Positions 1 to 8,635 of a stretch of 64,000 nt of DNA are shown one piece after another; the stretch's first letter is position 1, and the number at the start of each line of letters is the position of its first letter. The notes under the pieces were generated by a model. It was not told the origin of the DNA, did no database searches, and saw only the letters and a list, made by a program, of their open reading frames with translations. Both the position numbers and the translations under genes were made by a program. Origin of the DNA: a virus; the IMG/VR virus record IMGVR_UViG_3300045988_122072, positions 32,001 through 96,000 of that record; one strand, written 5' to 3'.

Positions 1-148
1 TAGATTGATTCTGAGTTAGATCAATTAACTGCAAAATATCTTTAACTGCAGCAAATCTCGCTCTGGCTTTTTCGTCTTTTTGGAGAGCCGCTATGCGCTC
101 TTGTTCTGTTAGCTCTTTCTTTTTCTGTTCAAAACTTTCCAAAGGCAT
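1..148 (-). CDS. hypothetical protein, N-terminal 49 codons only (ORF continues beyond window start)
   Basis: ATG at 146-148 (minus) directly after GAAAGGAGG; no stop down to position 1. It lies immediately downstream of the terminase gene, so it could begin a portal/structural gene (position only). Confidence 0.4.
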   Translation of the reverse strand, partial: MPLESFEQKKKELTEQERIAALQKDEKARARFAAVKDILQLIDLTQNQS

Positions 149-160
149 CGGCCTCCTTTC

Positions 161-2209
161 TTATCCAAATATTTTTTCAATTTGTTTGCGTGGAGTAACA
201 GGTAGCATGTCTATAAGTTTATAATTTGTTGTACGTTTTTTATTACGAATACGCTCTGCACGTTTTTCTGAAAGTGCCCATGCACATAACGCCGCACAAT
301 AGCTTCTATCGTCGTGCAACTTATTTGCTTTTTCTGGTATTAAGTCAAAAGAGTCTTTCCCAGAATCTCTTTTTTTACGAACCATATTCACCATTTCTTC
401 TTTCATTGCATCAATATTTTTCAGTGCAATTTCTTGATATGGATCAAGTTTTACAATTTTTGTTTTAATACAAGAAGATTTTTTCATTTCTTCTTCGACC
501 TTTTGAGCAAATTCTATTTCTGGAATGTTTTGCTTTTTCAGTTCTTCAGAAATGCGTTTCTTCTCTGAATTATATAATTTATCATCGACCTCAAATAACG
601 TTAAATAGCCCTTATTATCATAATCATTCGTGAAACTAATGCAATCAAGATTCATCATTTCAATAAGTGCTTCATATATAATCGACTTATATTGAGTAGG
701 GGAGACAAGCTTTAATTTATTAATAGCATTAGGATATTTACTAACATAATCAGCGCTATATTCCTTATCTATTAAGCCTCTATGTTTATTTCCCTTATCA
801 TCTACCCAATCTTCCATCAGATAGTCAGCAATATTTACGCCGCCACCACCAGAACCAGCATCTATTAAAATTGCTTCTATGTTTTCATAATCTGGAGCGT
901 TTCCATTATAATCCAATATAAGTTCTTTTAAATATTTAATCTGATCTGGTGTCTGCATTGGGCTTTTACGTTTTTTACCAACATCTAATAAATTAACACA
1001 ATTTACAATACGCCCTTTATAATTACCATGTTCGTCAACATAAAGTTCCATTATAAGAATAACGCTATTATCTCTGGAACGAGCAGGGTCATATGCAAAT
1101 ATAAATTTCTTTTTACCCGTATCATTATATAACAACGGGACACGAGTTTCGCTATTACGAGCAATAGTGCCGCGCTTAATAATAGCATTTAGCCCAGCAT
1201 CGGTAGTAAATTCACAATAATACTCACGACGTGCCTTTTCTGGGTTCGTTGCCATTTCGGTTTCAACTGTACTACGCATAAGCAAAGGAGCGATAACCTT
1301 ACCATGCATAGTCGGTTTAAAAGCAACCTCACAATCTATATGAGCAACAAAATAATCTTGGTCTCCCATAAGTTGTCGCTTAGCAAATTCTCTATATAAG
1401 CGATAAAATTCAGTATCAGTACTCGATGCTGAACTAATATAAAATTTTTGGTTTGGAATATTTGTAGGAAATGTACGAAGTCTAATTGGGTCAATAAGAT
1501 TGCCATCTCTGTCTTTACCAGTTTTAAAGCTTTTATTGACAATAGCAAATGCGCCATAAACCTTCATCATTTCTGCCGACAAGAAACCAGATTCATCAAA
1601 TATTACAGTTCCACGCATACCTCTCTTGGCGTCTATATTACTATTTAAAGTTTGAGTCATTGAACCATTATATAAAGAATACGTAAAACCATTGCTTGAA
1701 TGACTGAATCCATCTCCTGCAGCATTTTTAATTTCAACTTCGTGCTTAAAAATATATCCAGTTGAACCAACCATTTCATCAATATTGTCATTTGCCAGAC
1801 GTTCGAGCGTTGTAAATGTTTGTTCAGCCTGTCCGCCTGATCCTGACGCTATATAACTCCAAAAGTTATTGAATAACATACCTTTAGACATAAGAATTAA
1901 ATCAATTACCGTAGATTTTCCTAATCCACGAGTTGCCACAACAAGAACATTTGGGCAATTCCAAGACCTTTGAACTATCCATGCTTGTGCATCAATTAAT
2001 TCTATACCGAAAAAATCACTTATAAATCTAACAGGATTACATTGATAATATTTTTGTAATTCTGCAATTTTTATAAGTGATTCTATTTTACGAGTTGACA
2101 TTGCATATACACCGGGTTTTACATACACAGTGTTACTTTCATTCATTATATCCGAAAGATATCTGTCATTCATTTCATCAATTATTTTGATCTTCATCTG
2201 ACTGCTCAT
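161..2209 (-). CDS. terL: terminase large subunit
   Basis: 682-aa product with Walker A-like ATRGLGKST and Walker B VIFDESGF, followed by a long nuclease-type C-terminal half. GAGGAGG SD 9 nt before ATG 2209 (the track ORF extends to 2230). Confidence 0.85.
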   Translation of the reverse strand: MSSQMKIKIIDEMNDRYLSDIMNESNTVYVKPGVYAMSTRKIESLIKIAELQKYYQCNPVRFISDFFGIELIDAQAWIVQRSWNCPNVLVVATRGLGKSTVIDLILMSKGMLFNNFWSYIASGSGGQAEQTFTTLERLANDNIDEMVGSTGYIFKHEVEIKNAAGDGFSHSSNGFTYSLYNGSMTQTLNSNIDAKRGMRGTVIFDESGFLSAEMMKVYGAFAIVNKSFKTGKDRDGNLIDPIRLRTFPTNIPNQKFYISSASSTDTEFYRLYREFAKRQLMGDQDYFVAHIDCEVAFKPTMHGKVIAPLLMRSTVETEMATNPEKARREYYCEFTTDAGLNAIIKRGTIARNSETRVPLLYNDTGKKKFIFAYDPARSRDNSVILIMELYVDEHGNYKGRIVNCVNLLDVGKKRKSPMQTPDQIKYLKELILDYNGNAPDYENIEAILIDAGSGGGGVNIADYLMEDWVDDKGNKHRGLIDKEYSADYVSKYPNAINKLKLVSPTQYKSIIYEALIEMMNLDCISFTNDYDNKGYLTLFEVDDKLYNSEKKRISEELKKQNIPEIEFAQKVEEEMKKSSCIKTKIVKLDPYQEIALKNIDAMKEEMVNMVRKKRDSGKDSFDLIPEKANKLHDDRSYCAALCAWALSEKRAERIRNKKRTTNYKLIDMLPVTPRKQIEKIFG

Positions 2210-3449
2210 TTTCGGATACCTCCTCGTCAACAGGTTCTATTTCACTAAGAGGGGAGAAGAGTTCATTTAAATTGATAAGATTCTCTTGCGGCAATAAATC
2301 ATGCTCAGACAGCGTATCTTTCAAATCTAAATTTTCTCTCAATAAAATCCTACATATCTCTTTATAATTTTCTCTTTCGCTAGTAAGTTGAGTTACAAGT
2401 TTTCTTTGCTCTGCGACAATATCAGAATATTCAGATTCATCAAGAGCAAGTTGCTTTAAAATAGAAGCATTGCTCAAATCCATAACCTGTTGCATGCCTT
2501 TACATGTTGCAATGTCAAATCCGTTGACTTCTCCCTCACGGAGATTTAATTCTTTAATTTTCTTAATTTTACCAGTCCAAGTATTTTCGCCCTTACTCTG
2601 ATTTTTATTATGTTTTAAACTTAAACAAGATTGTTCTGCCAACAAAGAAACAGTAGAGGCTACATTTTTCTTAGAATCTAAATAAGATTTAATTTCACCA
2701 GATTTATTGGAAACATTTGGAGAAGACATAGCTTTAGCAATCATATCATCTAATTTTGCTTGTTGTAAAAAACCACGAACAATAGTAATTGCGGAAGAGG
2801 TTCTCATCATGTCATCATTTTCTCCACTTGCATCCAAATATCCAATCAACTGAGAGTAGAGTAGTGGTTTATCTTCTTCTTGTTCATGCTCAAAAGGATC
2901 ATATCCAAGTAATCTAACAACGTCTACACGGTTCTTTTCATACTCTTCATTGATTTCTTGATTTTTTGGGCGTTGGTCTTCTGATAATTCCTTACCAATA
3001 TCTTGTTTAGCTTGCTTAATTGCTTCCTCTTTATAATTTGCAAATAAATCTCCATCACGCCAACGCATTGTCTTATATTGTGGCATACTAATATTTTTAA
3101 TATATGCCGCCCATATATTGCTACGTTGCTTTGGATTTTTATCATTTATATACTCAAAATAACTAGAATTCCAAATATTTTCGAGGAAGGGTTTATCAAG
3201 ACGTTCAAGTGCTTCTTGGACGGACGCCTTCGTACAATCGCCATATGTCTTAGTCCTAGCGTTATAATTTCTTGCAATTTTTTCCGCACAGTCCTTACAC
3301 ATTACCGTTTTGCCAGTCATCACAAGTGGGTCAGAGCTCATATAAAAATCTCCAGCTTTTTTAATGGTATTACAATATGGGCATAAGTATTTTTCAATTT
3401 GACAAGCCTTAGAAGTTGCCTTTCTACCCGCACTTTTACCTGTTGCCAT
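2178..3449 (-). CDS. hypothetical zinc-ribbon protein; candidate small terminase/DNA-recognition subunit by position only
   Basis: 423 aa with an N-terminal CPYC-x24-CKDC ribbon and an acidic C-terminus, overlapping the terL start. GGGAGG SD 7 nt before ATG 3449 (the track starts at GTG 3452). Functional call is low confidence. Confidence 0.7.
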   Translation of the reverse strand: MATGKSAGRKATSKACQIEKYLCPYCNTIKKAGDFYMSSDPLVMTGKTVMCKDCAEKIARNYNARTKTYGDCTKASVQEALERLDKPFLENIWNSSYFEYINDKNPKQRSNIWAAYIKNISMPQYKTMRWRDGDLFANYKEEAIKQAKQDIGKELSEDQRPKNQEINEEYEKNRVDVVRLLGYDPFEHEQEEDKPLLYSQLIGYLDASGENDDMMRTSSAITIVRGFLQQAKLDDMIAKAMSSPNVSNKSGEIKSYLDSKKNVASTVSLLAEQSCLSLKHNKNQSKGENTWTGKIKKIKELNLREGEVNGFDIATCKGMQQVMDLSNASILKQLALDESEYSDIVAEQRKLVTQLTSERENYKEICRILLRENLDLKDTLSEHDLLPQENLINLNELFSPLSEIEPVDEEVSENEQSDEDQNN

Positions 3450-3495
3450 CACTCTTCCTCCCTTCTACTTAGCATTTTGTAACGAATATTATATA

Positions 3496-3723
3496 TTATT
3501 CCGTACAAATCTCAACGGATTCATCAGTTGCCTGTTTCTTAAGACTGTCATTCAGCTCTGCAAACGCAGCCTCGAAAGCCTCATCACGTTTAAAAACAAA
3601 AATAGTCTTATCTGGATTTTCTTTAGACTGCTTAATATCTGCAATGGTACATCCAGCGCGTAGTAAACGTCTGGCGCATCCGGGGTTAAAAACTAGCTTA
3701 AAATTCTTTTTAATATCTTCCAT
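3496..3723 (-). CDS. small protein resembling DUF5659-type phage proteins
   Basis: 75 aa starting MEDIKKNF, with AAAGGAGA SD. The segment ARRLLRAGCTIADIKQSKENPDKTIFVFKRD recalls DUF5659 from memory; not searched. Confidence 0.6.
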   Translation of the reverse strand: MEDIKKNFKLVFNPGCARRLLRAGCTIADIKQSKENPDKTIFVFKRDEAFEAAFAELNDSLKKQATDESVEICTE

Positions 3724-3762
3724 TTTATTATGTTCTCCTTTATTTTTTCTTGTTTTCAATAT

Positions 3763-3797
3763 AAAAGCGGCAGTAATTATATATTACTGCCGTTTTA
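3763..3797 (-). terminator. rho-independent terminator after the metallophosphoesterase gene
   Basis: GCGGCAGTAAT-tatat-ATTACTGCCGT stem flanked by A and T tracts (bidirectional shape). Confidence 0.75.
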
Positions 3798-4994
3798 TTA
3801 AAGTTTTATATTATATTCTACGACGTTTCCTTTGCCTTTCTCTAAAACGAATAGGGTAGCACCAGGATCAGACGCTTTATTTAAAGATAACGAATAATCA
3901 TCAACACCTATAATGCTAGGAACACTAATAATATCAGATTCAATTCCGACATTGCTACTTGACTTATGATGCTTGTGTCCACCAATTAAATAATCAATAT
4001 GTACCTTATAAATTCTAGAAAAGTCTTTAATCGCTTGTTCAAGGGACTTTCCTTCACCATGATACCCAAAAATATTATATCCGGCAATTTGATCAAATAC
4101 ATAGCCAGTAGGATTCTGAATGAATTCAAAATTAGGATTATCTCCAAGTCTATCCATAAGCTTATCTGTAATAATATATGATACATTTTCATCCTTGAAT
4201 GTATTTTTAGGTTGTCCCAACATCCTAAGTTGACAATGATTAGAATCTTTCACCATTTGATATCTAACTTTTACATACTTGGTTAATTCATTTAACCACT
4301 CTGTAATAAAACGTCCATATCTCGCGGTGCTTTCGATAACTCCATATCTTAATTTCATAAGTGCAGAGACTCTTAAACATCCCTCAATTTCGTCGCCAAG
4401 ATCATAAACATTTAGTATATCAAAGCCTTCTTTATTACAAATCTGAAGAACTTGATTAAGTAAATTCCACATTCTTTTTTCAAAAATTTCAGGAGAATAT
4501 TCATTTAAAATTTCCCCAAAAAGTCCTTGAATACATAAATCTTTCCCATAATGAGGATCTGCAAAAACTAAGTTTCCAAACCTTGTATTATATTTTGGCT
4601 CAATGACACGAGGAATATCTAGCTTTGGCATTTCTCTAATTGCCTCGGCAATATGTTCTGCGATAAGTTCTTCTCTTGCTTCTTCTCTAAGCCATCTATT
4701 ATATTCCACTTTTTCTGTCTGCAGCTTTTTACGTTCCTTTTCAATGCCTTTACGTTCAGAACGAATTTTTTCAAGATATTCATCTTCTGTAAAAAATGCA
4801 CCTTCATTTGCTTCCATCATTTTATTAAAACTCTGCACTTTTTTTCTATATGCACTCTCACCGTAGTTATATCCAAGAGATTCATTTAATATGTCTGCAA
4901 TATTTTGCCACGTCCATCCTTGTGACTCTTTCATGGAGCATATGCGCAGTATATATTGCTCTTCGTTTTCATTACTTAATTTATCATAACTCAT
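3798..4994 (-). CDS. calcineurin-like metallophosphoesterase with N-terminal helix-turn-helix-like region
   Basis: 398 aa with phosphoesterase motifs FADPHYG (DxH), DLGDEIEG (GD), GYHGEG and GGHKHH (GHxH). GGGGTGG SD. Confidence 0.7.
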   Translation of the reverse strand: MSYDKLSNENEEQYILRICSMKESQGWTWQNIADILNESLGYNYGESAYRKKVQSFNKMMEANEGAFFTEDEYLEKIRSERKGIEKERKKLQTEKVEYNRWLREEAREELIAEHIAEAIREMPKLDIPRVIEPKYNTRFGNLVFADPHYGKDLCIQGLFGEILNEYSPEIFEKRMWNLLNQVLQICNKEGFDILNVYDLGDEIEGCLRVSALMKLRYGVIESTARYGRFITEWLNELTKYVKVRYQMVKDSNHCQLRMLGQPKNTFKDENVSYIITDKLMDRLGDNPNFEFIQNPTGYVFDQIAGYNIFGYHGEGKSLEQAIKDFSRIYKVHIDYLIGGHKHHKSSSNVGIESDIISVPSIIGVDDYSLSLNKASDPGATLFVLEKGKGNVVEYNIKL

Positions 4995-5006
4995 AAAACC
5001 ACCCCA

Positions 5007-5312
5007 TTATTCACCATTAATTCTATATCTAAATGGCTGGCTAAATTTAGCATATGGGATGACTCTTTCTGGTGCCATCAAAGTTGTATTATCATGTGGG
5101 TTTCTTACTTCACGCGGAGCAACTCTACGAGCACCAATTGTAACACCGGGAATTAACTTCATCTCAGCATTTTCATCAAAGTTTGCTTCCTGCATAACGT
5201 CCGTAACTAGCGCCTCTAAAGCAGTCAGAAACTCTTCAATATTATACTTATAAAAGCCTGTACGGTCTGCGAGTTCATTAATTATATCTTGCTTTTTTAG
5301 TATTTTATTCAT
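5007..5312 (-). CDS. HU/IHF-family DNA-binding protein
   Basis: 101 aa. The N-terminus (KQDIINELADRTG...) and the beta-arm (IPGVTIGARRVAPREVRNP...ERVIPYAKFSQ) are typical of HU. AGGAGG SD. Confidence 0.8.
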   Translation of the reverse strand: MNKILKKQDIINELADRTGFYKYNIEEFLTALEALVTDVMQEANFDENAEMKLIPGVTIGARRVAPREVRNPHDNTTLMAPERVIPYAKFSQPFRYRINGE

Positions 5313-5336
5313 TTTTTGTTCCTCCTAATTTGTATT

Positions 5337-5525
5337 TTATTCATAATCCTCATCATACGAAATAGACATAGATACTGGCTTTTCTAGAAAATCTACAAAC
5401 AATCTAGATAATTCAATAAATTCACCAGTATCAGGGTTCTCAATACCAATAATGCCATCCTCGTCTAATCCAAGCACTCCCTTTGCAGAGAGTTTATAAT
5501 TCTTATTAATACTTGCCTTTGCCAT
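5337..5525 (-). CDS. hypothetical protein (62 aa)
   Basis: AGGAGG SD; tightly packed in the minus-strand operon. Confidence 0.65.
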   Translation of the reverse strand: MAKASINKNYKLSAKGVLGLDEDGIIGIENPDTGEFIELSRLFVDFLEKPVSMSISYDEDYE

Positions 5526-5541
5526 ATTATGTTCCTCCTAA

Positions 5542-6252
5542 TCATTCAAGTTCGTCGGCTTTTGTTGAAACAATACCTCTATGATTGGTCGTTAAATGAC
5601 AAATCTGTGCATATGGTTCATCTTTGAAATGTTCAATATATTTAACAAAACCACTATTTTCTGGATGGTGGTACAAATCACATTGTCCACTATGTCCGAT
5701 TACAATAGTTTTAGAAGTATCAGAAATTCTTGTTAAAACCTTTTTTAATTCATCTGTATACATATTTTGTGATTCTTCAATAATAACAACTTTATTTTCT
5801 AAATTGCATCCTCTTAGATAAACATGAGAAATGCAATCAATATATCCAGTTCCATTCTTTTGATTTTCTACTCCTTCTTGGATGACAGAAGTAAATGGAT
5901 TAATTCCAAGCTTCGCAAGTGCATCATATAATGGAGTAGTGTAAATAGATACTTTTTCATCAGCGCTACCCGGAAGAAATCCAAGTTTTTCTTCCTGAAC
6001 AGGGCTAACTATATACACGATGCCATCATACTCGCCATGTTGCACTAAAAGATTTGCAGCAGCTACAGCCATTAACGTCTTGCCTGTACCAGCTCTCGCG
6101 TTCGCAAATACGATTAATTTATCTGGATTCAAAATGGCATTTACAAATTCCTTTTGCTCGTTATCTAATTTAAGACCATAAAAAGGGTGCCCTTCAACAG
6201 TTTTTGGGGCGTCCCCGTACTCATTTGTAACAGTCTTTTTCTTTGTAGCCAT
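5542..6252 (-). CDS. phoH: PhoH-like ATPase
   Basis: 236 aa with Walker A ARAGTGKT and the PhoH-type Walker B/Q motif VVIIEESQN. GGAGGG SD. Confidence 0.8.
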   Translation of the reverse strand: MATKKKTVTNEYGDAPKTVEGHPFYGLKLDNEQKEFVNAILNPDKLIVFANARAGTGKTLMAVAAANLLVQHGEYDGIVYIVSPVQEEKLGFLPGSADEKVSIYTTPLYDALAKLGINPFTSVIQEGVENQKNGTGYIDCISHVYLRGCNLENKVVIIEESQNMYTDELKKVLTRISDTSKTIVIGHSGQCDLYHHPENSGFVKYIEHFKDEPYAQICHLTTNHRGIVSTKADELE

Positions 6253-6266
6253 ATAGTCCCTCCAAA

Positions 6267-6881
6267 TTATAGAATTTCATCAATATCTTTAATAATTCCA
6301 TCAACCATGCCAAGAGTAACAGCCTCTTCACATGTGATATACCATTCTGTACTCTTTTTTTTATTAAAAGTCTTAGAGTCAATGGATGTTTTATCTAAAA
6401 TATAATTTCTCATCTTGTCAACAAGGGCTTTATATTGTTTCATTTGCTCAGTTGTTTGCTCAAATGAACCACCACAGCCACCACTTCCGCTATGAAGCAA
6501 ATAATTAGTATTTGGCATAGCAAAACGCTTATGTCCAGATAATGCAATTAAACATGCTGCGGAATATGCCCATCCCATATTAACAGTTATAATTGGTGTC
6601 TTACTGGTTTCTACAAGTCCAACAAAAGACAATGTATCTTCTAATGTACCGCCAGGAGAATTAATAAATATCTTAATTGGCTTTCTATCCTCTGGTGGAG
6701 TACCTTTGTCTTCTCTGTTCCAATTCATAATCAGCTTTGATGCTTCAAATAGACTTTCATCAATTTCGCCCTCGATCCAAATACTACGATTTTCTACATC
6801 CTTATAGAACTGTAGGAGTTCTGGGTTTGGCAACGAAAGATTCTCAATTGAATTTGGAATTGCGATTGCTAATTGTTCCAT
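6267..6881 (-). CDS. clpP: ClpP-family serine protease
   Basis: 204 aa. INSPGG, GWAYSAACLI (Ser position) and LLHSGSGG (His position) align with the ClpP core. GGGAGG SD. Confidence 0.8.
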   Translation of the reverse strand: MEQLAIAIPNSIENLSLPNPELLQFYKDVENRSIWIEGEIDESLFEASKLIMNWNREDKGTPPEDRKPIKIFINSPGGTLEDTLSFVGLVETSKTPIITVNMGWAYSAACLIALSGHKRFAMPNTNYLLHSGSGGCGGSFEQTTEQMKQYKALVDKMRNYILDKTSIDSKTFNKKKSTEWYITCEEAVTLGMVDGIIKDIDEIL

Positions 6882-6978
6882 GTTTTGTACCTCCCTGTTG
6901 TGTGTTTTATTTAATAAAATATAAGCTTTTTTCTTATATCATTACTATTTTGTTCTAACTTTAGTTTACTGAAATGCC

Positions 6979-7007
6979 AAAAATGCAAGAGAATTCCTTG
7001 CATTTTT
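6979..7007. terminator. bidirectional AT-rich terminator hairpin after the GIY-YIG gene
   Basis: AAAAATGCAAG-agaattc-CTTGCATTTTT, a perfect 11-bp stem. Confidence 0.6.
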
Positions 7008-7038
7008 GACATTAATTTTGTGTTGTCAAATTAACAAA

Positions 7039-7758
7039 TCACTTCACATTTTTATTGTACCATCGCTTTTGCCTCTCTCTATTAATCAATTTGTTATGCT
7101 CTGTTTGACATTTTTCACATCTACAAATTGCTGTTGCCAATGGATTAATAACTACATCAATTCCACAATCAATACAAACAATCACTTTATTTTGAGCTGG
7201 CGCACGCTTTCTGCAATCTTCACATCTTTTAATTTTATTAGAATATGGGATCTTCTTAGTATGAGATTTGTTCCACTTTAATTTAATTTCAAATAATGCT
7301 CCGCATTGTGAACACTTTCTTATGGCAGGATCTCCATTGTTAAATCTTTCTTGATATTTTTCAAAAGACTGCTCTTTATGCCTTCTTCTTATTGTATTTT
7401 GCATAGAAGAAATTTGCTTTAATATAGAAGATTTAGAACGAATATGATTCTCTCCGCCAGATTTTAAATTATATCCCTTATCTGGATTTGTAGTTTCTAA
7501 TTTTTCTATTAATAATTCTTCAAAATGATTAGCTTCTTCCTGAGTTAAATTTGAAGCAATGACTTCATGCTCAAAATTATCCCAACCATATTTTTGAATA
7601 GCATGATAAAAATATGAAGATAATTCATACCCTAATCCATTGCGCCAACGTTTATTTGGATCGTCTCCATATTTCGTTTGTCCAACATATTTTTTTTCAT
7701 TTATCTTATTAATATGCATATAAACACAATAAGTATCATTGTAAATTTCCATTATCAC
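7039..7758 (-). CDS. GIY-YIG homing endonuclease-like protein with C-terminal zinc ribbons
   Basis: YCVYMH...KKYVGQT (GIY-YIG), RWRNG, YGWDNFEHEVI. C-terminal CSQC...CEDC...CIDC...CEKC. Start is GTG 7758 or ATG 7752. Confidence 0.8.
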   Translation of the reverse strand: MIMEIYNDTYCVYMHINKINEKKYVGQTKYGDDPNKRWRNGLGYELSSYFYHAIQKYGWDNFEHEVIASNLTQEEANHFEELLIEKLETTNPDKGYNLKSGGENHIRSKSSILKQISSMQNTIRRRHKEQSFEKYQERFNNGDPAIRKCSQCGALFEIKLKWNKSHTKKIPYSNKIKRCEDCRKRAPAQNKVIVCIDCGIDVVINPLATAICRCEKCQTEHNKLINRERQKRWYNKNVK

Positions 7759-8635
7759 TCATTGCAACCCTCCTATTTTTCATCATCGCATTTCTCTGAT
7801 ATTCTAACTGCTTTTGATGTTGGCATTCTTCACATCTACAACTTCTCTTATTAGAAGATGCTACAATAAAATGAGTTCCACATTCAATACATTCAATTTC
7901 TTTAGTACCCATTGGTTCATAATTTTCTCTATGAATACCGCAATATTGCATAGCATTATTTCTTACACGGAACCATCTTCCGCACGCCTTACATCTTTTA
8001 TATCCACCATTTTTATAATTCAAAAATGCATAAGCAAGTTCCAAATAATCATATTCATCAAGCGTAAGAATAACTTCGCCCTCATCATGATCTACAAAAG
8101 CGGCAGTCAAGGCATTATAACCTATGCTAAAATTCTGTTTGAGCAATCCTTCCTTATATGCAAACCCAAAATATAAATCTCTATCTTTAGCTGGAATAAC
8201 AACCCTTGCAAACTTAAATATTTCAGAAGTCTTTGCATAGAATGTATCATTATCTCTTTGACTTTCGGCATTTTGATATTTTGCTAATGCTAAAATGACA
8301 AATGCAATTTTTTCTTTCCTTATATCATTTAAAGACATAATTTTGTCCATTTCTCTTTTTGTAATATTAATAGTATTTACATCTTTAATTTTATATTTAT
8401 AAGCCTTATTAATATCCTTATTAATGGTATTTATATACCCCTGATACATAAAACCATTATAATTTTGAGCCATAAAGTCAACAATTTTCCAAAATACATC
8501 ATTCTTATCTGCAGGATTTAATTGTGTATAATAAATTGCTGCATTCCAAATTGCTTGAGTTATACTAACTCCATCAATATTTTTATCCTCTATAATGCTA
8601 TAAATCCTACTTTTTTCATTAAAATTAAATCTCAT
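7736..8635 (-). CDS. hypothetical protein with C-terminal zinc-ribbon module
   Basis: 299 aa with GGAGGTGA SD. The C-terminal CKACG...CIECG...CRCEECQHQKQLEYQR resembles the C-terminus of the neighbouring GIY-YIG protein. Confidence 0.75.
   Translation of the reverse strand: MRFNFNEKSRIYSIIEDKNIDGVSITQAIWNAAIYYTQLNPADKNDVFWKIVDFMAQNYNGFMYQGYINTINKDINKAYKYKIKDVNTINITKREMDKIMSLNDIRKEKIAFVILALAKYQNAESQRDNDTFYAKTSEIFKFARVVIPAKDRDLYFGFAYKEGLLKQNFSIGYNALTAAFVDHDEGEVILTLDEYDYLELAYAFLNYKNGGYKRCKACGRWFRVRNNAMQYCGIHRENYEPMGTKEIECIECGTHFIVASSNKRSCRCEECQHQKQLEYQRNAMMKNRRVAMSDNGNLQ

Noticed and set aside
7005-7029. A functional divergent promoter pair from the inverted TTGACA...TGTCAA flanking a leader box.
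   Set aside because: No acceptable -10 element lies at the right distance on either strand, and the plus-strand copy overlaps the terminator stem. It is recorded only as a leader-box occurrence.
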